DNA of 26,987 nt from a bacterium (GCA_049472315.1 JBLIRN010000038.1:1-26987), one strand, 5' to 3'; positions 17,421-26,616 are shown, counted from the first letter of the stretch. A program made the numbers and translations. The notes: generated by a model from the sequence alone, not told the origin.

Positions 17421-18590
17421 ATGAAGACCTTTGACGAGATAAACGAGAAGATCAAAAAGGGCAAGGCGGTGGTGGTGACCGCCGAAGAGGTGATCCCCCT
17501 TGCCCGCGCGAAGGGGATCAAGGCGGTGGCCGAAAAGGTGGATGTCGTCACCAGCGCCACCTTCGGGCCCATGTGCTCTTCAGGGGTCTTTTTGAATTTC
17601 GGGCATGCGGATCCCCCGATCAAGATGAACCGGGTCCTGCTCAACGATGTTCCTGCCTATGCCGGGCTGGCGGCAGTCGATGCCTATCTGGGCGCAAGCT
17701 CCCTGTCTGAAAAGGAGGGGGCGTTCTACGGAGGCGGTCATGTCATAGAGGACCTTGTGGCCAGGAAGAGGATACTGCTCAGGGCCGAGGGATACAAGAC
17801 CGACTGCTATCCGCTCGAACGGATAGAGACCGTTATCAGCCTCGATTCCATCAACCAGGCGGTACTCTGCAACCCAAGGAATGCCTATCAGAATTATGGC
17901 GCTGCGACCAATTCCTCCTCACGCACCCTTTACACCTATATGGGTCCCCTTTTGCCTCGATTCGGCAATCTCTCCTATTCCACATCGAGCCAGCTCAATC
18001 CGCTGATCAATGACCCTGAATACCGCACAATCGGCCTGGGCAGCCAGATATTCCTGGGCGGAGGGATCGGCTACATCATCGGTGAAGGAACGCAGCACAA
18101 TCCTTCACAGATTCGGGACCAGAATCACATTCCCCTTGGCCCCGCTGCAACCCTTGCGGTCAAGGGCGACCTCAAACAGATGAGCCCACGATATCTGCGC
18201 GGCGCACGGATCAAGGGATACGGGGTGAGCCTTTTCGTCGGAATAGGCGTTCCCATCCCCATCCTGGATGAAGCAATGGCGGAGGCGGTCTCCATCGACG
18301 ACGAACACATATTTACCACGATCTATGATTACGGAATTCCCCGCAGGGAGAAGCCCTCGTACGGGAGGGTGCACTATGGACAGCTCAGGTCCGGCTTTGT
18401 GGAACTGGACGGGAGGCATGTGCCCACGAATCCCCTCTCGAGTTACGCCATGGCTCGTGAAATCGCCCAGATCCTCAAGGAATGGATCAGCCGCGGGGAA
18501 TTCTTTTTGGTCAGGCCGATCCAGCCGCTTCCCCGGGATGTCACCCTGATGCCAATGTCTCAGCATATTGTAGAGGATATGGATTCATGA
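17421..18590 (+). CDS. DUF39 / COG1900 homocysteine biosynthesis protein (L-aspartate semialdehyde sulfurtransferase-like), no CBS pair
   Basis: KTFDEINEKIKKGKAVVVTAEE, VDVVTSATFGPMCSSG (conserved Cys), NPRNAYQNY, YTYMG, GEGTQHNP and GVPIPILDE. Confidence 0.9.
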   Translation: MKTFDEINEKIKKGKAVVVTAEEVIPLARAKGIKAVAEKVDVVTSATFGPMCSSGVFLNFGHADPPIKMNRVLLNDVPAYAGLAAVDAYLGASSLSEKEGAFYGGGHVIEDLVARKRILLRAEGYKTDCYPLERIETVISLDSINQAVLCNPRNAYQNYGAATNSSSRTLYTYMGPLLPRFGNLSYSTSSQLNPLINDPEYRTIGLGSQIFLGGGIGYIIGEGTQHNPSQIRDQNHIPLGPAATLAVKGDLKQMSPRYLRGARIKGYGVSLFVGIGVPIPILDEAMAEAVSIDDEHIFTTIYDYGIPRREKPSYGRVHYGQLRSGFVELDGRHVPTNPLSSYAMAREIAQILKEWISRGEFFLVRPIQPLPRDVTLMPMSQHIVEDMDS

Positions 18591-18997
18591 AGGTTTCCCG
18601 GAGGGTCATCCTTACATTCCCCGCCAGCCTTGCGGGAACGCCGGTCACCTACAAACTGGTCAAGGATTACGACCTCATCATGAATATCCTGCGGGCCAAG
18701 GTGATTCCCAAGGATGAAGGCCGCCTTGTGCTGGAGCTCACCGGTGAGCAAAAGGACATCGAGGCGGGCCTGAATTTCATGAAGGAGCAAGGGGTAAAGG
18801 TCGAGGCCCTCGCCAAGGATATTCACCTCGACGAGGAGGACTGTATCCATTGCGGTTTTTGCACGGCGGTCTGTTTTCAGGAGGCCCTCTCCATAAATCC
18901 GCAGACCAAAAAACTGGAGTTTAACCGTGAAAAGTGCGTCCTCTGCGAGCAATGTGTTGATATATGCCCTATTGGGGTAATCCAGATAAAATTTTGA
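18587..18997 (+). CDS. NIL-domain 2[4Fe-4S] ferredoxin, partner subunit of the DUF39 enzyme
   Basis: ATGA overlap with the DUF39 stop; NIL motif (LVKDYDLIMNILRA) and two CxxCxxCxxxC motifs. Confidence 0.9.
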   Translation: MKVSRRVILTFPASLAGTPVTYKLVKDYDLIMNILRAKVIPKDEGRLVLELTGEQKDIEAGLNFMKEQGVKVEALAKDIHLDEEDCIHCGFCTAVCFQEALSINPQTKKLEFNREKCVLCEQCVDICPIGVIQIKF

Positions 18998-19021
18998 CAA
19001 TCGGAAAAAATTCCTTAAAAT
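18994..19021 (+). promoter_or_regulatory. Possible sigma70 promoter for the sigma54 activator gene
   Basis: TTGACA-16 nt-TAAAAT, overlapping the ferredoxin stop codon. Confidence 0.45.
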
Positions 19022-19340
19022 ATAAATATGTTTATGGGTGTGGTGTAAATGTGGATACGAGGGAATCGTCGCATAATTACGTCTGATTAGTCATCGTGTT
19101 AATTCCTATTGTTATGACAAGAGAGGGGTTTCCTTCTTGTGATCTGCCATCTTCTCCATCCCTTGGACTATAGTATGTAACAGTAACCGATTCCCCTGTC
19201 CCTCTGAATTTCTTTTGCCCCAGGATTATCGATAGACGCAACGGGTTTTCACCCATTGTTCATTCCATTGCGCCCTCAACGGCACTGAATGGGAGCAGCG
19301 TTCGTGCAGGCGGACAATCTCCCAGTTTAAGGAATATACG

Positions 19341-22300
19341 ATGAAGAAATCACCTAAAGGTGGATTTAACATCGAAATGATTTCCCGGCATGTGCTCGAC
19401 ACGCTGCCTCAGGCGGTGTGTGTCGTGGATGCCAATCGGCATATCCTCTACCTTAATCCCGCTGCTGAACGCCTCACCGGGTGGACGTGTCGTGAGATTG
19501 CGGGCGAGGGGATAGAAAGGCTTTTCAGCGGGCATCACCTGCAACTCTCCTGTCCGGCCCCGGCCCACACAGACATCCACGGTTCCGTTTCCACGCATAC
19601 CCTTATCACTCGATCAGGCGAACCCAAGGAGGTCCTTATATCCCTCGCGCCATTGAGGGATGATAACGGCCTTTCCGCTACCGTGCTGATGATCGAGGGC
19701 ACCCTCCCACGAGATAAGGGATTCCTGCCCGAGCATGAGGGCACCCCCATTCAATCAATCCCTGAATTCCCGGTAGGCACTTGGTACTGGGATATTCCAA
19801 AGGATGAGTTCTATTTCCCTGATGCCATTTACACCCTCCTGGGATGGAAACGGGATAACACGGGAATCACCTATGGGCGGTTGCTCCAGGCGGTCCACCC
19901 TGAGGACCGATCATTGGTGAAGGCCGCCGTTGAGAAGGCATTGTACGAGAAGCATCCGCTGTGCATAGAACACCGTATCCTCCTCAAGGACGGCTCATCA
20001 CGTGCCGTCCATACCCAGGCCCAGGTAACCACCGACGAACATGGAAGACCGATCAACATGGCGGGGACGATCCACGACGTCACCAAGATAATCCAAGTGA
20101 AAAAGGAGTTGGCATATCGCCTCGAATTCGAAAACACCCTCATCACCCTCTCCACCCAATTCATAAAACTCTCGGTGAGCGAAACCGATAGTGCAATCAA
20201 CCACGCACTCCAAATAGTCGGCACATTTGCCGGTTTTGACCGCAGCTACATCTTTCAATTCTCAGACGACCTCACCAGAATGACCAACACCCATGAGTGG
20301 TGCGCCGAGGGGATCGAAGGCTATAAGGACCAGATGCAGGGCATGAAAACCGACACGTTCGCGTGGTGGATGGAGAGAATGGCGCGGTTTGAAACCGTCT
20401 GTATCCCTTCGGTGGAAGACCTTCCCCCCGAGGCCGGCATCGAAAGAAAAGAATTCCTGCGGCAAGGGATTCAATCCCTCGTCGGAGTCCCCATGGTCTC
20501 GGACAACACCCTTCTGGGATTTGTCGGCTTCGACGCAGTGCGCAAGAAGAGGGAATGCCCTGATGACATTATCAACCTTCTCAAAATCGTGGGGGAAATC
20601 TTCATCAATGCATTGGAGCGCAAGAGGCAGCACGAGGCGACCCGAAGCAGCGAAAGCAAGCTCAACGCCATGCTCAGTTCCATCGGCGACTGCATATGCA
20701 TGATCGATCGGGATTTCACGTTCACCTGGGCCAATGATGCAATGCTGCAGCAATTCGGCAAGGATATCGTCGGCAGAAGATGTTATGAGATATTCCATCA
20801 CCGGGAGGAGCCCTGCAAGCCCTGTTCATGCGCAACGTCCCAGACGTTCAAGGATGGCAAGATTCATTTCGGCGAGCCGAAGGCGATATCGAATGACGGG
20901 CAGGTGCGCTACTACCATGTCACCTCCAACGTGGTGCTGCGGGATGAAAAGGGCGAACCCAGCATGGTTATCCTGGTCGGCAGGGACATTACTGCACAGA
21001 AGCAGGCGGAAACCGCATTGCTGGAGGCCAGGAGGGAGCTTGAACAGAGGGTCAAGCAGCGCACCGCCGATCTTATTGTCGCAAACAAACAACTGCAGGA
21101 GGAGGTATTCGTTCGTAAGCAGATCGAAAAGGCGCTCAGGGAGAGCGAGGAACGGTTCAGATCTCAATACAAGGGGATGCCCCTTCCCACCTACACATGG
21201 CAGAAGGTGAAGGACTCCTTTGATTTCATGCTCATCGACTATAATGATGCCGCGTATGCAACAACGGAGGGGGGAATCATCCACTACCTGGGCGTGAAGG
21301 CAAGTCAGTTCTACCAGGACATGCCCTTCATTCTCGAGGATATGCAGCGCTGCTATTCGGAACACTCCTCCTTCCAGAAGGAGATGACATACCGGTTTCG
21401 CTACAACCAAAAAACGGGCCAATTTCTTGCCAGCTATGCATTTGTGCCGCCGGACCTCGTCCTGGTCCACGCAGAGGATATAACGGATCGCAAGCGTGCG
21501 GAGGAAGAGTTGCGGCTCAAGGACAAGGCGATCGGTTCCTCCCTCAATGCATTTGCAATTGAAGACCTCGACGGGCACCTCACCTATGTGAACAGCGCCT
21601 TTCTCAGGTTCTGGGGCTATAAGGATGAGAAAGAGGTCCTGGGGAGGTCAGCTATTGAATTTCTGCACGACAAGGAAAGGGGGAGAGAGGCAGCCAAACT
21701 CCTGAAAGAAACCGGAGGCTGGTCAGGCGAACTGGTGGCGGCGCGCAGGGACGGCTCCCTCTTCGATGTCTATGTGTCCGCAAGCACCGTAACCGACGAA
21801 TCCGGCAATCCAATCTGCCAAATGGCCTCCTTTGCCGATATTACCGTACGGAAACAGGCTGAGGAGCAGCTTGCCGGGATGTACTTCGAGCTTGAAAAAA
21901 GTCGCGACGACATGCTCTCGATCCTCAACATGCTCCGAATGGGAACGGCAATCACCGACCGTGAGGGACGCATCAAGTTCCTCAGCCAGACTGCCCAACG
22001 CATTGTGGGCACCTCCCAGGGGGAGGCAAGCGGAAGGCACTGGGCCGAGCTCTTCCCCGTTCGCGAGGAGGAAAGGGCCCAATTGAGGCATTTAGCTGCG
22101 CAGCGGTCAGAAACGCGCAAGAAGCTCCAGATACACTTTGAAACCCCTGAGGGGAAGCACTACTGGATCGATATCGAGGTGCAGGACGAACCCAGAAACC
22201 CGGACCGCAAGATCCTCTTCTTCTATGACATGTCCGAGATCTATGATCTGAGACGTATGCTGGATGAAAAGGTCAGATTTCACGACCTCACCGGCAGAAG

Positions 22301-23207
22301 TGATCAAATGAGAATGATCTATCAGCAGATCCAGGAGATATCCAATGTGGACTGGACGGTCCTGATCGAGGGGGAAACCGGCACCGGCAAGGAACTTGTC
22401 GCACGGGCGATCCACTATTCCAGCCCCCGCAAGGACAAGCCATTCGTACCGGTGAACTGCGCCGGGCTCACCGATTCGCTCCTCACCAGCCAGTTGTTCG
22501 GACATAAGCGGGGGGCATTCACGGGAGCGATCGAGGACCACGTGGGATTGTTCGAGGCGGCAAGCGGCGGCACCATCTTTCTTGACGAGATCGGTGACAT
22601 CTCACTCAATGTGCAGACCAATCTGCTTCGGGTGCTTGAAGAAAAGGAGATAACCAGGGTTGGGGAATCAAAATCCAAGAAGATCAATGTTCGTGTCATT
22701 GCCGCTACACATAAGAACCTTACCGCCGAGGTCGAATCCGGTAGCTTCAGGCCTGATCTCTTCTATCGAATCCGGGTGGCGCGTATAAAGATCCCTCCCC
22801 TTCGTCAACGCAAGGAGGATATCCCGCTGCTTGCTGAGACATTTCTCGGACAATGCCGTGCCATAACAGGGAAATCCGTTCAAGAAATCGGCAACGAGGT
22901 CATGCGGATCTTCATGGAATATGACTGGCCGGGGAACGTCCGGGAATTGAAGAGCGCCATCGAATTTGCCGTGACCCATTGCAAGAGATCGATTATCGAA
23001 CTGGAGGATATCCCTCCGGAGATTCGAGAACCCGAGCATTCACGTCCACTCTTCAAGGAGATCAAGGATGGCGAACGGGAGCGAATACTGCTGGCCCTTA
23101 GGGACACAAAGGGAAATCGGAAGAAGGCCGCACAGTCACTCGGAATGAGCAGGGCCACCTTCTATCGACGGTTGACGATCCTAGATATAGATGTTTCAGG
23201 GAAATGA
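19341..23207 (+). CDS. sigma54-dependent enhancer-binding protein with about six PAS domains and one GAF domain, AAA+ and Fis-type HTH
   Basis: GETGTGKE (Walker A), LFGHKRGAFTGA, FLDEIGD, FRPDLFYRI, WPGNVREL and HTH GNRKKAAQSLGMSRATFYRRL. No receiver domain and no TM helix are evident. Confidence 0.95.
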   Translation: MKKSPKGGFNIEMISRHVLDTLPQAVCVVDANRHILYLNPAAERLTGWTCREIAGEGIERLFSGHHLQLSCPAPAHTDIHGSVSTHTLITRSGEPKEVLISLAPLRDDNGLSATVLMIEGTLPRDKGFLPEHEGTPIQSIPEFPVGTWYWDIPKDEFYFPDAIYTLLGWKRDNTGITYGRLLQAVHPEDRSLVKAAVEKALYEKHPLCIEHRILLKDGSSRAVHTQAQVTTDEHGRPINMAGTIHDVTKIIQVKKELAYRLEFENTLITLSTQFIKLSVSETDSAINHALQIVGTFAGFDRSYIFQFSDDLTRMTNTHEWCAEGIEGYKDQMQGMKTDTFAWWMERMARFETVCIPSVEDLPPEAGIERKEFLRQGIQSLVGVPMVSDNTLLGFVGFDAVRKKRECPDDIINLLKIVGEIFINALERKRQHEATRSSESKLNAMLSSIGDCICMIDRDFTFTWANDAMLQQFGKDIVGRRCYEIFHHREEPCKPCSCATSQTFKDGKIHFGEPKAISNDGQVRYYHVTSNVVLRDEKGEPSMVILVGRDITAQKQAETALLEARRELEQRVKQRTADLIVANKQLQEEVFVRKQIEKALRESEERFRSQYKGMPLPTYTWQKVKDSFDFMLIDYNDAAYATTEGGIIHYLGVKASQFYQDMPFILEDMQRCYSEHSSFQKEMTYRFRYNQKTGQFLASYAFVPPDLVLVHAEDITDRKRAEEELRLKDKAIGSSLNAFAIEDLDGHLTYVNSAFLRFWGYKDEKEVLGRSAIEFLHDKERGREAAKLLKETGGWSGELVAARRDGSLFDVYVSASTVTDESGNPICQMASFADITVRKQAEEQLAGMYFELEKSRDDMLSILNMLRMGTAITDREGRIKFLSQTAQRIVGTSQGEASGRHWAELFPVREEERAQLRHLAAQRSETRKKLQIHFETPEGKHYWIDIEVQDEPRNPDRKILFFYDMSEIYDLRRMLDEKVRFHDLTGRSDQMRMIYQQIQEISNVDWTVLIEGETGTGKELVARAIHYSSPRKDKPFVPVNCAGLTDSLLTSQLFGHKRGAFTGAIEDHVGLFEAASGGTIFLDEIGDISLNVQTNLLRVLEEKEITRVGESKSKKINVRVIAATHKNLTAEVESGSFRPDLFYRIRVARIKIPPLRQRKEDIPLLAETFLGQCRAITGKSVQEIGNEVMRIFMEYDWPGNVRELKSAIEFAVTHCKRSIIELEDIPPEIREPEHSRPLFKEIKDGERERILLALRDTKGNRKKAAQSLGMSRATFYRRLTILDIDVSGK

Positions 23208-23210
23208 TTA

Positions 23211-23271
23211 TTGTCTCATTGGTGTCTCACGTGAGACACCAATGAGACAAAACTGAGACAAAAATGTCTCA
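23211..23271. promoter_or_regulatory. Array of six TGAGACA/TGTCTCA heptamers including a perfect 40-bp palindrome; candidate enhancer (UAS)
   Basis: Heptamers at 23212, 23223, 23232, 23243, 23254 and 23265; 23211-23250 is self-complementary. Confidence 0.8.
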
Positions 23272-23339
23272 GCTCATTGAAATAATATTCTCCATGTTCC
23301 GTATAGTCCCGCCCTACGGCATCCAATTGGCTCATTTTT

Positions 23340-23356
23340 TTGGCATCAAATTTGCT
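23340..23356 (+). promoter_or_regulatory. sigma54 (-24/-12) promoter
   Basis: TTGGCAT-CAAAT-TTGCT with exact GG-N10-GC spacing, about 70 bp downstream of the heptamer array. Confidence 0.8.
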
Positions 23357-23366
23357 TCTATTTATA

Positions 23367-23688
23367 ATAGCTATTTAAAAGGCATTAAGGATTTATAGAC
23401 ACAATATAGGCAGTGAACGAGGCACCATAGAGGATATCAAGTCATTCAAAGATATTAAAATATACAGGCTCTTACACCCATAACTCCTTTTCTTCCCTCT
23501 TCCACATGCTACCGCAAGGTAGCACAGGGTTTATATTTGGGTCAAGGGTTGTGGAAACCATTTGAGAAATGGCATAATTAATCGTAGCGATTTCGACCGC
23601 GGTACGTTAGACAGCGTTGTTTTTCCTCTATTTCCTGTTTGATCTCTAATGGCGATATAAGCATCACGGTTTCCACAACCCTTTTTTT
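23367..23688 (+). ncRNA. Candidate sigma54-dependent small RNA (about 320 nt; boundaries inferred)
   Basis: No credible ORF between the promoter and the convergent rnfB. Contains a C/U-rich tract, a GCAA tetraloop hairpin (TGCTACC-GCAA-GGTAGCA) and a 16-bp long-range stem ending in T7. Confidence 0.55.
23544..23688 (+). terminator. 16-bp perfect inverted repeat enclosing 108 nt, running into a T-tract
   Basis: AAGGGTTGTGGAAACC (23544-23559) pairs with GGTTTCCACAACCCTT (23668-23683); T7 at 23682-23688. Confidence 0.55.
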
Positions 23689-23882
23689 ATTCCCCCAAGC
23701 CAAACCTTCGCCAGGCGAAGCCGCCGTTACCTAACCAATTAGACCCAAGGCCCTACCATATATGGATCAGTCATGAAATGGATACACCAAGGACATGGGT
23801 CGAAGAGCTTCACGAAACGAATGGAAACGTAAATCGCAGGGATCTACAAGGATGAGAGGGGGAGTGAAGGTCCGGATTGTAA

Positions 23883-24728
23883 TCAGCCCACCACGGCCCT
23901 TTCGCCGGCCTCTGAACGGTTCTGCGCCATAATGGCCATGCCCTCTTCATCGGTCCATATGATCTTCTGAGGGCATTTTTCCCAGCACGTGCCGCAGGAG
24001 ATACATTCTGCCGGATCGATGACCGCCAACGAATCCTCCATATGGATTGCATTGACCGGACACTTCTTTACGCACACCTGACAGGCGATGCACCCTATGG
24101 TACAGACCTCCTTGACCCTTTTCCCCTTGTCGTGGGAGCTACAGAGTACGGAAAACCTCTGTGATTGAGGAACCAGCCGTATGATGTGCCGGGGGCATAT
24201 GGCGACACACTTACCGCACCCTGTGCATTTAGAGGAATCGATCACAGGGATCCCCTCCGGCCCCATAGTGACGGCGCCAAAGGGGCATGCCCTTACGCAG
24301 GTCCCAAAGCCCAGGCATCCATAGGTGCATGCCTTGTTCCCCCCCGCCAGCAGTTGGGCGGCCCTGCAGTCTTCAATACCGCTATATTCAAACCGATTCG
24401 ACGCATGGTTGATGCCGCCCCGGCAAAACACACAGGCAATCATCCTGGGTCCGGTCTTTACCTCCAGACCGAGGGCCCTCCCTATTTCATTCGCCACGGT
24501 AGCCCCCCCTGCAACGCACCCGGAAACGTCGGCATTTCCTGCCACCACCGCCTCGGCAAATCCGGAGCAGCCGGGGAATCCACATCCTCCGCAGTTTGCA
24601 CCCGGAAGAAGCGTCTCGACCTCCTTCACCCTGGGATCAACCTCAACGGCAAAAAAACGTGATGCGATCCCGAGGCCGAATGCCGAAACGAACGCAATCC
24701 CTCCTAACGCCGAAATTGCAGCCCACAT
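23883..24728 (-). CDS. rnfB: Rnf electron transport complex subunit B (polyferredoxin)
   Basis: N-terminal TM, LPGANCGGCGFPGC, CTYGCLGFGTC...CPFGA and several further CxxCxxCxxxCP motifs; last gene of the rnf cluster. Confidence 0.93.
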   Translation of the reverse strand: MWAAISALGGIAFVSAFGLGIASRFFAVEVDPRVKEVETLLPGANCGGCGFPGCSGFAEAVVAGNADVSGCVAGGATVANEIGRALGLEVKTGPRMIACVFCRGGINHASNRFEYSGIEDCRAAQLLAGGNKACTYGCLGFGTCVRACPFGAVTMGPEGIPVIDSSKCTGCGKCVAICPRHIIRLVPQSQRFSVLCSSHDKGKRVKEVCTIGCIACQVCVKKCPVNAIHMEDSLAVIDPAECISCGTCWEKCPQKIIWTDEEGMAIMAQNRSEAGERAVVG

Positions 24729-24785
24729 AACAAATTACTCCTTTTCTTGTTATGATAGATATTCTTTACCTTTTTAAGTATAAGC

Positions 24786-25364
24786 CTACTTCACCAGTCC
24801 GGCAAATCCGAGAAATGCGAGTGAAAGCAATCCCGCCGTGATCAATGCAATGGCAGTGCCCTCGAAAGGTCTGGGGATCTCGGAAAGGCTCAGCCGCTCC
24901 CTGATACCCGCGAAGAGAATAAGGGCGAGTGCGAAGCCCACCGATGCACCGAAGGCGAATACGATCGTCTCGATGAATGTATACGGCTTCTGTACCGTCA
25001 ATACCGCCACCGCAAGCACGCAGCAATTCGTGGTAATGAGGGGCAGATAAATACCGAGCGCCTGGTATAAGGCGGGGCTGGTTTTCTGAATGACCATTTC
25101 CACAAACTGCACCAACGCCGCGATCACCAGAATGAACGCGATGGTCTGCATAAAGGTGATCTGAAAGGGGACCAGTATATACATGTATACCAGCCACGTA
25201 ATGGTGGCGGCCATAGTGATGACGAAGATGACCGCCATTCCCATGCCAATCGCCGTCTCAATCTTCTTGGATACCCCCAGAAACGGGCAGATACCCAAGA
25301 ACCTGGCAAGGACAAAGTTATTGACCAGTACGGTGCTGATAATCAGGAGGATAAATTTTACCAT
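24786..25364 (-). CDS. rnfA: Rnf complex subunit A
   Basis: [18 protein letters not shown] and [12 protein letters not shown]. Confidence 0.95.
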   Translation of the reverse strand: MVKFILLIISTVLVNNFVLARFLGICPFLGVSKKIETAIGMGMAVIFVITMAATITWLVYMYILVPFQITFMQTIAFILVIAALVQFVEMVIQKTSPALYQALGIYLPLITTNCCVLAVAVLTVQKPYTFIETIVFAFGASVGFALALILFAGIRERLSLSEIPRPFEGTAIALITAGLLSLAFLGFAGLVK

Positions 25365-25417
25365 ATCATGCTCTCCTCACCTTTTCCGCGATCCCCATTC
25401 CTTATACGGGGTTCATT

Positions 25418-26014
25418 TCAATAGGCCAATTTCTCGTTGATCTTGTTCATCAGTCCCAAAAGGAGGCCGAGGGCGACAAATGCCCCGGGAGGGAGTATGG
25501 CGATCAGAAAGGGCAGGTAAGATTTTCCGAATACGGAAAATCCGAATATGCTGCCATTCCCCAAAAGCTCCCTGATGGAGCCCAAAACGGTGATGGAAAG
25601 GGTAAATCCCAATCCCATGCCCAGCCCGTCGGCAATGGAATTCAGGACCGGATTCTTGGAGGCAAACGCCTCCGCCCTGCCCAGGATGATGCAGTTGACC
25701 ACGATGAGGGGGATGAAGATCCCCAGCGACTTGTGGATCTCATAAAAAAATCCCTCCATCACAAGGTCGACGATGGTCACGAAAGTGGCGATGATAACGA
25801 TAAACACCGCTATGCGGACCTTGTCAGGGATGATCTTCCGCAGCAGGGCGATGACAAGGTTGGAGCATACCAGCACAAAGGTGGCGGCAAGCCCCATCCC
25901 GATCCCGTTGATCGCCTGGGTGGTTACTGCGAGCGTCGGGCACATGCCCAAAACGAGTCTGAAGGTGGGATTTTCATTCCACAACCCATTGGCAAAGTCC
26001 TTTATCAGGCTCAC
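25418..26014 (-). CDS. rnfE: Rnf complex subunit E
   Basis: ENPTFRLVLGMCPTLAVT, LGIFIPLIVVNCIILGRAEAFA and LPPGAF. Confidence 0.95.
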   Translation of the reverse strand: MSLIKDFANGLWNENPTFRLVLGMCPTLAVTTQAINGIGMGLAATFVLVCSNLVIALLRKIIPDKVRIAVFIVIIATFVTIVDLVMEGFFYEIHKSLGIFIPLIVVNCIILGRAEAFASKNPVLNSIADGLGMGLGFTLSITVLGSIRELLGNGSIFGFSVFGKSYLPFLIAILPPGAFVALGLLLGLMNKINEKLAY

Positions 26015-26616
26015 GCTTGTCCCTCCATCCTCTCAGAAGAGGTACCCTGTATAATCTCGTCCCTGTGGGCCTGGAATAACTCCAGCCCCTGCCGTATCGC
26101 CTTGACAATGGCCCGGGGAGAGGTGGTCGCCCCGGTGACCTGATCGAAGTCGCCACCATCCTTTTTCACTGCGAAGCTTGCATTGGCCAGTGATTTCCCG
26201 ACGAATTGCGACCTGAATTCCGGCAGGGTGACCTTGGCTCCCAGGCCCGGGGTTTCCGAGTGGCGCACGATTTCCACCCCCTGGATCACCCCATTCGGAT
26301 CAAGCCCGAGCATGGCCACGATCTCTCCGCCGTATCCTTCGCCGTTGCGAATCTCGAATGCCACCCCGCTGATACTGTCCCCGGAGAATCCCAGATACAC
26401 CATTCTGTCCTCGCCGCTCTCCAGATTTACGGTCACAGTATTCTCATCAGGCTGATTATCATGCTCCGGAAGCACCGCCTCCACCGCCTTCAAACGGGCG
26501 AGTCGCCGCTGTTCGGCAATGGGCTCCTTGGTGAAGTCATACACCTTGGCAAGGGCTATGGCCGCGACGACGCAGACAAGGGTGAGGACGACGATCAAAC
26601 GCAGTATATCACGCAT
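26011..26616 (-). CDS. rnfG: Rnf complex subunit G (FMN-binding)
   Basis: N-terminal [16 protein letters not shown] and DQVTGATTS (flavinylation motif TGAT). Start at 26616 overlaps the rnfD end and is preferred over 26634. Confidence 0.92.
   Translation of the reverse strand: MRDILRLIVVLTLVCVVAAIALAKVYDFTKEPIAEQRRLARLKAVEAVLPEHDNQPDENTVTVNLESGEDRMVYLGFSGDSISGVAFEIRNGEGYGGEIVAMLGLDPNGVIQGVEIVRHSETPGLGAKVTLPEFRSQFVGKSLANASFAVKKDGGDFDQVTGATTSPRAIVKAIRQGLELFQAHRDEIIQGTSSERMEGQA

Noticed and set aside
23317..23332. Additional GG-N10-GC motif CGGCATCCAATTGGCT
   Set aside because: Weaker match than the adjacent 23340 site, with no independent support.
23544..23683. MITE with 16-bp terminal inverted repeats
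   Set aside because: No target-site duplication and no second copy in the window; the T-tract favours an RNA stem/terminator.
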